Positions 9,286 through 17,196 of a stretch of DNA of 49,017 nt are shown here, piece by piece (within the stretch, counting starts at the first letter, position 1; every line of letters begins with the position of its first letter). The stretch covers positions 1 through 49,017 of the forward strand of contig CAMFEL010000002.1 in assembly GCA_945949385.1 (NCBI GenBank). Direction: 5' to 3'. The notes under the pieces were generated by a model that saw nothing but the letters and a program-made list of their open reading frames with translations, was not told the DNA's origin and ran no database searches. The stretch is from an uncultured Clostridia bacterium (GTDB taxonomy: Bacteria > Bacillota > Clostridia > Oscillospirales > CAG-272). The translations under genes were made by a program, and so were the position numbers.

Positions 9286-10030
9286 TGAACTTGATAAGAA
9301 AATGCGCGTCTATGAGCAATCTGTTGATTTGTGTGTGCTCCCGGATATGTATCTGGCGGCGCGTATTGACGGCAGAAGTTTTTCCCGGCTCACCAAGGAA
9401 ATATGCAATTTTGAAGCTCCTTTTGACGAGCGTTTTCGCGATATGATGGTGAACACTGTTAAGCATTTAATGGAATGCGGTTTCCGTGTTGTTTTCGGTT
9501 TTACTGAGAGTGACGAAATATCTTTGCTGTTTCATAAGGAAGAGAATACTTTCGGACGAAAGGTGCGCAAATACAATTCAATTCTTGCTGGGGAGGCAAG
9601 CGCAGCGTTTTCTTTGCAATTGGGGCGGATAGCTGCAATGGATTGCAGGGTTGTACCTTTGCCGAGTATTGAGCGTGTGCAGGATTATTTTCTTTGGCGT
9701 CAGGAGGACGCACACAGAAACGCGCTGAACGCACATTGCTATTGGATGCTGCGTAAGGAAGGCTTGGAAGCACGGGAAGCAAATGACCGACTTGAAGGAA
9801 AAAGCATTGCATATAAAAATGAACTGCTGTTCTCTCACGGAATCAACTTTGACAAGCTGCCGGCATGGCAGAAGCGCGGCATAGGCATTTATTGGGAAGA
9901 CAGTGAGAAAAAGGGATTTAATCCCGTAACGGATCAGGAAGTAACCGCACTGCGACGGAGCTTAAAGGTGGATTTTGATTTGCCGATCGGTGAGCAATAT
10001 GCACATATGGTATCGGCATTTTTGGAGTGA
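9275..10030 (+). CDS. Bacterial Thg1-like protein (TLP; tRNA-His guanylyltransferase family 3'-5' nucleotidyltransferase)
   Basis: ARIDGRSFSRLTK, FTESDEISLLF, DCRVVPLP, YFLWRQEDAHRNALN and KNELLFSHGINF...KRG all align with conserved Thg1-family blocks. Start ATG 9275 (MNFDELDKKMRVYE) overlaps the kinase stop. Confidence 0.85.
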   Translation: MNFDELDKKMRVYEQSVDLCVLPDMYLAARIDGRSFSRLTKEICNFEAPFDERFRDMMVNTVKHLMECGFRVVFGFTESDEISLLFHKEENTFGRKVRKYNSILAGEASAAFSLQLGRIAAMDCRVVPLPSIERVQDYFLWRQEDAHRNALNAHCYWMLRKEGLEAREANDRLEGKSIAYKNELLFSHGINFDKLPAWQKRGIGIYWEDSEKKGFNPVTDQEVTALRRSLKVDFDLPIGEQYAHMVSAFLE

Positions 10031-10077
10031 AACCGAAAAACACATCACTGAAGATTTATAAGAGGTTATTAACCGTG

Positions 10078-10104
10078 AAACGGAAAGCGCTGCTTTCCGT
10101 TTTC
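10078..10104 (+). terminator. Intrinsic terminator after the Thg1-like gene
   Basis: AAACGGAAAGCgctGCTTTCCGTTTT. A nearly identical copy lies at 13658-13686. Confidence 0.6.
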
Positions 10105-10286
10105 TGCAAGGTGCGCAAGTGTGCGCCGGAACGGTGCTGTCTGCGTTGGCGCAATAAACAAACGCGGCATGGCTGCGTTGTGCATTGTGACAGTTTTGCG
10201 TTTCCGGCAAAAAAGCAGTATGCAATCGGTATTCAACTGTGCTAATATGATACGCAGAAAGTGTGTATACATTTACCGGAGGGAGT

Positions 10287-11186
10287 ATGCTCGGTACTGT
10301 ATTTAATATTCAAAGGTTTTCTCTTTTTGACGGGCCGGGTGTAAGAACCGTGGTATTCCTGAAAGGCTGCCCCCTCAGATGCGTTTGGTGTCACAATCCG
10401 GAGGGGATCGACCGAAATCCTCAGATTATGTATGACCCGAAGTGCTGTATTGCTTGCGGCGACTGCGCGGAAGCCTGTCTGAAGCACCGGCACTTTTTTG
10501 CAGGCGGGCTTCACGGCTATGTCAGAGAGGGCTGCGACGGATGCGGAAAATGCGCAAAAGTGTGCCCTGCGGGAGCAGTAACCGTTTCGGGACAGCTTAT
10601 GGATACAGATGCTGTTATGGCAGAGGTGATGAAGGACGGCTCCGCTTACCGTATGAGCGGCGGAGGAATGACGCTTTCGGGAGGAGAACCGCTTTATCAG
10701 GGGGAATTTGCCCTGTCTCTGTTAAAATCTGCAAAGGAGCGGAAAATCACAACCTGCGTGGAGACCTGCGGTTATGCAAAGGCGGAGACAGTCAAGGAAG
10801 CGGCAAAGTATACCGACGATTTTTACTTTGACTACAAGGCAACGGGAAACGGGATGCATAAGCGGCTTTGCGGAGTAACTCAGACACTGATACTCGAAAA
10901 TCTCTCTTTGCTGTGCGGGCTTTGCGCAAGGGTCACTCTGAGATGTCCCATTGTTGACGGAATGAATGATATTCCCGAGCACATTGAAGGAATTGCATAT
11001 ACGGCAAGGGATTATTCATGCATAAAAGAGGTACATCTGGAGCCTTATCACAGGCTTGGCATATCAAAAGCCGAAAAGCTGGGACAGGCTGCCGCGTACG
11101 ACGGAAGACCCCCGGAAAGGGGAAGACTTGAAGAGTACTGCGGCAGGATTTCGGAGCTTTCCGGGAAACCGTGCCGTATCAGTTGA
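10287..11186 (+). CDS. Glycyl-radical enzyme activating protein (radical SAM, with two extra ferredoxin-type clusters)
   Basis: FSLFDGPGVRTVVFLKGCPLRCVWCHNPE (CxxxCxxC), plus CIACGDCAEAC and CDGCGKCAKVCP. GGAGGGA RBS before ATG 10287. Confidence 0.9.
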   Translation: MLGTVFNIQRFSLFDGPGVRTVVFLKGCPLRCVWCHNPEGIDRNPQIMYDPKCCIACGDCAEACLKHRHFFAGGLHGYVREGCDGCGKCAKVCPAGAVTVSGQLMDTDAVMAEVMKDGSAYRMSGGGMTLSGGEPLYQGEFALSLLKSAKERKITTCVETCGYAKAETVKEAAKYTDDFYFDYKATGNGMHKRLCGVTQTLILENLSLLCGLCARVTLRCPIVDGMNDIPEHIEGIAYTARDYSCIKEVHLEPYHRLGISKAEKLGQAAAYDGRPPERGRLEEYCGRISELSGKPCRIS

Positions 11187-11224
11187 TGAAATGCTGCCGA
11201 TAATCGGTGAAACGGAGGAGAATT

Positions 11225-13543
11225 ATGACCGATTACAAAAGAACTGACGAAAAGTTTGAGTTTTCGCCCAGAATGGCGAGGGTAAAAGCGGATATTATGC
11301 CAAGGCTTCTCCCTCAGAGCGCAAGAGAAGATACCGTATGTAATCTTTGCGAGCCCGGCGGAAGAAATCCTTTTCTTGATGTGTTTCTTGAGATGCCCGA
11401 CGCGCCTCATGTTATTGCTCATGCTAACGCCATTGTGCGCTCATGGCTGACAACTCCGGCAGTTATTTTCCCGGACGAAGCCCTTGTGGGTATTCCGAGA
11501 CCGCGCTATCCTATGATGGAGCATTTCAGCTGGGGCATTGTGGGCGCCCACAGCGTTTATCAAACGGAGGGAATGACAAAAGAGGAGCAGGATGATCTTT
11601 ACAACCGCATAAATCCTCTTGACTGGACATACTTTTGCAAAGAGGCTGATCTGCTGTTCGGCTCTCGTGAAAATTGCGATATTGTATCCGATGACTGTAT
11701 TTTCAGTGCAGGAGGGTATCAGGGACATACTGTTCCAAACTATTTCACTCTCCTTGAAAACGGTCTTGACGGTATGCTTGAACTTATTGATAAATTTGCT
11801 GCCCGTAACAACAGAGATCAGGCCACAAGGGATTTTTACGAGGCAAACCGCATCATAATCCGCGGTATGTCCGACTGGCTTATGCTATATTCCCATAAGG
11901 CGGCAGAGCTTGCAAAAGAGGAAAAGGATGCTGAGCGTAAAAAGCAAAACGAGGATATTGCCGCCAACTGCGCTTTCGTAGCTCACCGTAAGCCCGTTAC
12001 TCTGTATCAGGCGGTACAGCTTATGTGGACATTGGCTGTGTGGGATTGGTGCGATTGCCTTGGCCGTGCGGATCAGTATCTGTATCCTTTCTACCTGTAT
12101 TCAAAGGAACACGGCGATGTAATCTCCGTTGAGGAGTCCATCACTTCAATCATGTTCAAAATCTGGGAGTTCGGCGCTCATAACATTACCATGGGCGGCG
12201 TTAAACCCGAGGACGGTACCGATGCCGCAAACGAGCTGTCCTATATGTTTTTGCAGATACTGAGAAGTATTCATGATGTTCACCCCAGAATGGCTGTGCG
12301 TATTCATGAAAACACTCCCGATGAGCTGATGGATCTGATTACCGCCATGTGGTCGGAGGGTATGTCCGACCCTACTGTTGTAAGCGATGTGAATGCCATT
12401 AAGGGGCTGACCGATATAGGCGTGCCCCTTGAGGACGCAAGAACATACTGTACTCTCGGATGTCAGGAGATCGAGATCCCCGGCAAATCCAACTTCGGCT
12501 GCGAGGACGGCACCTTCAATGTTGCGAAGGTATTTGAAATCGCTATGAACGGCGGACGCAGCATAAAACATCCCGATAAGAGAGTGGGCCCTGTTACAAA
12601 GGAGTTTACGGAGTGCGAGACCTTTGAGGAATTTTTCGATTCCTTCAAGACTCAGCTTGAGTATTACACCCGTGTGTTCGTGTATCTGTGCGACAGAGGG
12701 CAGGAAATGAGGGGCGCCAACTTTGCCAAGTTGGTCAAAACGCCTTTCACGGACGGATGCCTTGAAAAGGGTATCCCCCACGATTGCGGCGGACCTGTTT
12801 ATAACTACGGAGTTGTGGAAACTGCCGGAGTACCTCCCACGGCAGATTCGCTTACCGCAATAAAAAAGCTTGTGTTTGATGAAAAGAGGATTTCAAAAGA
12901 AACTCTTGTTGCCGCTCTCAGTGCAAACTTTGAGGGCTATGAGAAGGAACGGCAGTTGCTGCTTAATCATGCACCTAAATTCGGAAATGACAACGACGAA
13001 GCGGACGCTATGGCTGTCCGCGTGCTGGATCTGTTCTGGACGGAGTGCGGAAAGTATAAATCCGTACGCGGAGATGTATATACCGGTGCCTGCTCGCTTC
13101 TTACGGGAGGGATCGCATACGGGCGCAGCATGGGCGCAATGCCGGACGGAAGATTTGCGGGAGAGCCTCTGGGCAATTCAATGGGACCCCGTCCCGGCGC
13201 AGACAGGTGCGGCGTAACCGCAATGCTGAATTCCGTAGCAAAGCTGCCTCTGCACAAAGGCGTGGGCGGTACAACTTTGAATGTAGTCCTTACCGTAAAG
13301 CTCCTTTCAAATCCCGACATCAGAAAAAGCATTGCTGCCACCGTTAAAAACTATATGCTTACAGGCGGTCAGCTTGCTCAGATTACCACCGCCAATGTTG
13401 AGGATCTTATTGATGCTCAGGAGCACCCCGAGCGTCACGGCGATCTTATAGTCCGTGTCGGCGGATTTTCCACTCAGTTTGTGCAGCTCGGAAAAGATGT
13501 TCAGGACGAGATTATCAGCCGCTACAACGGCGAAACGGCATAA
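11225..13543 (+). CDS. Glycyl radical enzyme, PFL2/dehydratase-lyase clade, substrate unknown (about 772 aa)
   Basis: C-terminal glycyl radical motif LIVRVGGFSTQFVQL. The Cys loop TLGCQEIE has a Cys-x-Glu arrangement as in the eliminase-type GREs. GGAGGAG RBS before ATG 11225. Confidence 0.9.
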   Translation: MTDYKRTDEKFEFSPRMARVKADIMPRLLPQSAREDTVCNLCEPGGRNPFLDVFLEMPDAPHVIAHANAIVRSWLTTPAVIFPDEALVGIPRPRYPMMEHFSWGIVGAHSVYQTEGMTKEEQDDLYNRINPLDWTYFCKEADLLFGSRENCDIVSDDCIFSAGGYQGHTVPNYFTLLENGLDGMLELIDKFAARNNRDQATRDFYEANRIIIRGMSDWLMLYSHKAAELAKEEKDAERKKQNEDIAANCAFVAHRKPVTLYQAVQLMWTLAVWDWCDCLGRADQYLYPFYLYSKEHGDVISVEESITSIMFKIWEFGAHNITMGGVKPEDGTDAANELSYMFLQILRSIHDVHPRMAVRIHENTPDELMDLITAMWSEGMSDPTVVSDVNAIKGLTDIGVPLEDARTYCTLGCQEIEIPGKSNFGCEDGTFNVAKVFEIAMNGGRSIKHPDKRVGPVTKEFTECETFEEFFDSFKTQLEYYTRVFVYLCDRGQEMRGANFAKLVKTPFTDGCLEKGIPHDCGGPVYNYGVVETAGVPPTADSLTAIKKLVFDEKRISKETLVAALSANFEGYEKERQLLLNHAPKFGNDNDEADAMAVRVLDLFWTECGKYKSVRGDVYTGACSLLTGGIAYGRSMGAMPDGRFAGEPLGNSMGPRPGADRCGVTAMLNSVAKLPLHKGVGGTTLNVVLTVKLLSNPDIRKSIAATVKNYMLTGGQLAQITTANVEDLIDAQEHPERHGDLIVRVGGFSTQFVQLGKDVQDEIISRYNGETA

Positions 13544-13657
13544 AACAGACGCACCCGGGGGAAACGGTGGCGCAGATATTTTTCTTTTCAAAAGAATTGC
13601 CGCATATGCTGCGAATTTTGCCGGCGGAAAGTATACTTACAGAAATAAGAAAGCAAG

Positions 13658-13686
13658 AAACGGAAAGCGCGGCTTTCCGTTTTTTG
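13658..13686 (+). terminator. Intrinsic terminator after the GRE operon
   Basis: AAACGGAAAGCgcgGCTTTCCGTTTTTT. It differs by one loop base from the hairpin at 10078. Confidence 0.6.
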
Positions 13687-13801
13687 TCTTCAAAGGCTCG
13701 GGAAAACGCTTTTGCAAGTATCACTTGACAAAATCAAGCAACTAATGCTTTCAAATTTTTCGATTTCTGATATAATAGAAGCAGATAAAGGTGGTGTTAT
13801 T

Positions 13802-14803
13802 ATGACAGTCGGTGGCAAAATACAGTCATACAGGAAAAGACTCGGTATGTCTCAGGAGGAACTCGGTCAGAAGCTTCTTGTAAGCAGACAGACAATAAGC
13901 CTGTGGGAAAACGGGCAGACCGTTCCAACCATAGACAACCTTATCCGCCTGAAAGAAGTATTCAATGTTTCCGTTGACGATATTTTAGATGTAAGTGACA
14001 CCGAAACCGAAAAACAGACACCTGAGGAAACATACAGTTTTACATTTGCAGAAAATGAACTGAAAGAGCTGAACAGAATTCAAAGGTCAGGGATATATAA
14101 GAAACTGATTATATTCACTTTGATTTCATTGGTGCTTATTGTCGGTCTTATATATGCCCAAGCATCTGATCTTGCAACCGGATTTTTTGCAGGCTGTATT
14201 CTTGTGTACGAAGCCTTTATGTTAAAAAGTATTGTTGTATATAATAAAGCTTGGAAAAAAAGTGTGCTCAGAATTTGCAAAAGTACATATGAATACAGAA
14301 TTTTCGACAATTGTCTTACTATAATTATATATCGGAACAATGAGAAAATCCGTGAGTCAAAATACAGTTTTGAAGATATAGAGCAGGTGCGGCAGGCCGG
14401 CAAGTTTATTTTGATTCAGTTCAGCGGACAGCTGTATATTATACGCAAAAGCGAATTAAAAGAAAATTCGTTTTTCTATGCGTATATGTATAAGAATCCG
14501 GAAAAAGTTGTTGAAAAAACTGCACCGGGCAGATGGAAAACCATATCGGTGATTCTGTTTGTTTTTTCGCTGCTTTCAATTCTCGGTGCGCTTGTTACAG
14601 TAAATACTGTATCAGGCATAAACGGTATGTTTGCTGAAAATATGTGGATATTCTATCTTTGGGTGCCTGTTCCGCTTGCGTCAACGGTTTGCGGTTTTGT
14701 TATGAGTTCAAAAGGTTATAGCTTCAAAAAGAATATAATTGCCGGACTTATCATGATAGCCCTGCTGTGTATATACGGTTCATTTTCATTTATGTTTCGG
14801 TAA
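13802..14803 (+). CDS. XRE-family HTH protein fused to a multi-pass membrane region with a YcxB/bPH-like insert
   Basis: N-terminus IQSYRKRLGMSQEELGQKLLVSRQTISLWENG is a classic Cro/C1 HTH. It is followed by two TM segments, a soluble block (YEYRIFDNCLTII...FILIQFSGQLYIIRKSEL) and three more TM segments. ATG 13802 has an AAAGGTGG RBS, and TGATATAAT lies about 30 nt upstream. Confidence 0.75.
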   Translation: MTVGGKIQSYRKRLGMSQEELGQKLLVSRQTISLWENGQTVPTIDNLIRLKEVFNVSVDDILDVSDTETEKQTPEETYSFTFAENELKELNRIQRSGIYKKLIIFTLISLVLIVGLIYAQASDLATGFFAGCILVYEAFMLKSIVVYNKAWKKSVLRICKSTYEYRIFDNCLTIIIYRNNEKIRESKYSFEDIEQVRQAGKFILIQFSGQLYIIRKSELKENSFFYAYMYKNPEKVVEKTAPGRWKTISVILFVFSLLSILGALVTVNTVSGINGMFAENMWIFYLWVPVPLASTVCGFVMSSKGYSFKKNIIAGLIMIALLCIYGSFSFMFR

Positions 14804-14914
14804 AAACTGATATCATTTTTTGAATTTGTCAATTGACTAAAATAGAGCTTTATGCTATTAACTGTTGTGCTTTTCCATATATGCGAGGCATATTGCGGAC
14901 AGGTAATAAAATAA

Positions 14915-14943
14915 TTGATTCTCCGAAGTATATATGATATAAT
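14915..14943 (+). promoter_or_regulatory. Sigma-A promoter for the small membrane ORF
   Basis: TTGATT (14915-14920), a 17-nt spacer and TATAAT (14938-14943) with an upstream TG (extended -10). Confidence 0.55.
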
Positions 14944-14990
14944 CGCATCGGAAAGCTTTGCAATTCAATATGATTGATGTGAGGTGTGAA

Positions 14991-15191
14991 ATGGACTTTC
15001 CGAAGCTGAAAAATACCCTGCTGTGCAGAATACTTGTGTATGTTTTGGTTATCGGCGCATTTGCGGTGCCTGTAATAATAGTAGCGCTTATAGATGCTAT
15101 TCCTTCATCGGTGAAAGGCTGTCTTTTAGCTGCTTTCATAACGGTATTTTCTTTTTACTTAATTTTAGATTTTTTACATTATATTTTTTAA
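14991..15191 (+). CDS. Small two-TM membrane protein (66 aa), possibly the 5' half of a split gene
   Basis: GAGGTG RBS 5 nt before ATG 14991, and two hydrophobic helices. It ends at a TAA immediately after a T6 run. Confidence 0.45.
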   Translation: MDFPKLKNTLLCRILVYVLVIGAFAVPVIIVALIDAIPSSVKGCLLAAFITVFSFYLILDFLHYIF

Positions 15192-15463
15192 ACTTAGAAC
15201 TGTCGAGAATTCGCTGTGTTCCGTACCTTTTTTGCAGAACTTCGGGACGCGGCGGACGCGGAGTAGAAGTATTTGTTGAGGTCGATGAAGACAAGAAAAC
15301 TGTTATCGCTTTTCCTCCCGAAATATGGGACTATCCCAAGGACAATTACATGTCAAAAAAGAAGATTACCGAAGTTGAAAATATGATAGTTTCATATTTT
15401 GCAGACCGCGGTTACACGGTTGTGTTTCTAACTGAAGAAGACGATGGCGAAGCCTCGGATTAA
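15185..15463 (+). pseudogene. Start-less ORF segment in the -1 frame relative to 14991-15191; probable 3' half of a frameshifted gene
   Basis: The protein-like, acidic sequence ...GVEVFVEVDEDKKTVIAFPPEIWDYPKDNYMSKKKITEVENMIVSYFADRGYTVVFLTEEDDGEASD has no in-frame ATG/GTG/TTG with an RBS. The frame opens across the T6 run and is followed by a strong terminator. Confidence 0.4.
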
Positions 15464-15480
15464 CATGATAATCCGCTGTA

Positions 15481-15511
15481 AAAAATCCGACCCGAGAGGG
15501 GCGGATTTTTT
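15481..15511 (+). terminator. Intrinsic terminator
   Basis: AAAAATCCGaCCCgagaGGGgCGGATTTTTT. Confidence 0.6.
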
Positions 15512-15588
15512 GCATATGTGTAAATAAACAAACACGGTAAAACTTTATTGTGCATTGTTACAATTTGGCAAATTCACATAAAGTTTTG

Positions 15589-15617
15589 TTGACAGTAAAG
15601 ATAGAAATTAGTAAAAT
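15589..15617 (+). promoter_or_regulatory. Sigma-A promoter ahead of the lipoprotein cluster
   Basis: TTGACA (15589-15594), a 17-nt spacer and TAAAAT (15612-15617). Confidence 0.5.
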
Positions 15618-15666
15618 TTAAGTGTAACAGAGGATAAATGTTTTGTTAATATGAGAGGGTAAATGT

Positions 15667-16587
15667 ATGAAAAAGTCGGTTGCAATTATAATTGCGGTTT
15701 TGCTTGCGTCACTGCTTCTTGCGTCCTGCACAAATGCTGACAGTGCTCAGAACGAAAAGCCTCAAATAAAAGCTGAATGGACTAAATATGCAAGCGGCAC
15801 ATCTGAGTGCGCATGGACATACAAAACTCTCATTGCATTTTTCACAAGAGATACGGCAGCGCTTGCGAGCGCTGCCGGCATTGACGAAAAAAGCATAGAA
15901 GATTTTGAAAGCATAGAATTTTCGTCATATGATATATCGGACACCGACGGGAAAGCACCGCTGAGTGTCATTTTTACCGTTTCAAAGAGCTCTTGCGAGG
16001 CTTTTCCGGCGGGAGACTATGAATACACAATTGAAAGTTTCCACAGTTCTCCAGAGATTTTTCCTTTCTGGTATCGGGTTTATGATACCGATACGGAAAA
16101 AACGGACGAAAGCTGCACAAAACTTGCAAAAAGCGTTTGTCAGTATATGATGTCCTGCGCTTACGGTCAGAGTGGCTATGAAAGTCTGAATCCGCAATAT
16201 GACGGGGTAATATACAGTATTATCAAATCAGATATTGCGTTGCTTGGCTCGTGCAGTATGACGGCCGAGAATATCAACAAAAAGGCGAGAGAGCTGTTCG
16301 GGATCTCGGATTTCAATATAACGGACGGGCAAATGGAAGTATACCGAAGTCGTGCAGAGGAGCAGTCTTTGCCTCTTCCCGGCGTGTATTACGATATTGC
16401 GGCTGTTCGTACCGATGGGGGCACTGTGGAATTTGACATACGCTTTTTCGGCGACTGCATGGGGCTTACGGCATCGCACTGTATTACATATTCTTTTGAA
16501 AAAACCGATACAGAATACGGATACAGGCTAAAGGAAGCGACTGTCACAAAGCGCAGCGCCGTTAAACCGGGTTTTTACGAAATATGA
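15667..16587 (+). CDS. Lipoprotein, unknown function
   Basis: Signal peptide MKKSVAIIIAVLLASLLLASC with a lipobox (LLASC). GAGAGGG RBS. I recognise no domain. Confidence 0.7.
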   Translation: MKKSVAIIIAVLLASLLLASCTNADSAQNEKPQIKAEWTKYASGTSECAWTYKTLIAFFTRDTAALASAAGIDEKSIEDFESIEFSSYDISDTDGKAPLSVIFTVSKSSCEAFPAGDYEYTIESFHSSPEIFPFWYRVYDTDTEKTDESCTKLAKSVCQYMMSCAYGQSGYESLNPQYDGVIYSIIKSDIALLGSCSMTAENINKKARELFGISDFNITDGQMEVYRSRAEEQSLPLPGVYYDIAAVRTDGGTVEFDIRFFGDCMGLTASHCITYSFEKTDTEYGYRLKEATVTKRSAVKPGFYEI

Positions 16588-16765
16588 GTTTTTGCTGATG
16601 TGACTCTGATTTTTTGATTTGTACCAAAAGAATATTGCGAAAAACATATATATTGGATATAGGCACCTTGTACTGCAGGGAGGATCAGTATGGCGTATTT
16701 TAGCAGAGCTTTAAGTTCATCTCCGTGGATTGTGTCTGCGGAATAAGTTAAAAGGAGTGCTTTTT

Positions 16766-17164
16766 ATGAAAATAAAATGTGCGGCAGTTATACTATTGGT
16801 TTTAATCATATCCGCCGCTCTTTCCGGGTGCGGCAATTCTGTCAGTATGAATTTTGCGAAAGAGGGCGTGGCGGTTTTTAAGTACGGAGATGCAGATGTG
16901 TCTGAAAAGCTGACCGAGCAGGAGCTCAGCCTGATAAAGAGCATATTCGACGGCAAGAATTTGTACAGTGACCGCCCGTCATGCGGATTTTCCAAAAGTG
17001 TTTCGGTAAAAATAAACGCTTCGCAGACTTTTTGCTTTGCCTGCGACACTTGCCCCATTATATATTGGGCGGAAAAAGGCAAGTATTTCAATATTACAGA
17101 AAAAGAACAGGAAAAGCTGTATGAAATACTGGACGCATACGGATTCAGCTTCCCCTGCGTTTAA
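16766..17164 (+). CDS. Small lipoprotein, unknown function
   Basis: MKIKCAAVILLVLIISAALSGC lipobox. AAAGGAG RBS before ATG 16766; the ORF track starts at 16730. Confidence 0.65.
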   Translation: MKIKCAAVILLVLIISAALSGCGNSVSMNFAKEGVAVFKYGDADVSEKLTEQELSLIKSIFDGKNLYSDRPSCGFSKSVSVKINASQTFCFACDTCPIIYWAEKGKYFNITEKEQEKLYEILDAYGFSFPCV

Positions 17165-17196
17165 GTTGACAAACCGATTTTGAAGACGGAGTAATA

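Noticed and set aside
10027-10306. Small ORFs (61-87 aa) between the Thg1-like gene and the GRE activase
   Set aside because: They span the terminator hairpin and the promoter region, overlap one another in several frames, and have Cys/Arg-rich composition.
12146-12781. 211-aa minus-strand ORF inside the GRE gene
   Set aside because: It is antisense to a gene with unambiguous glycyl-radical motifs and has no independent support.
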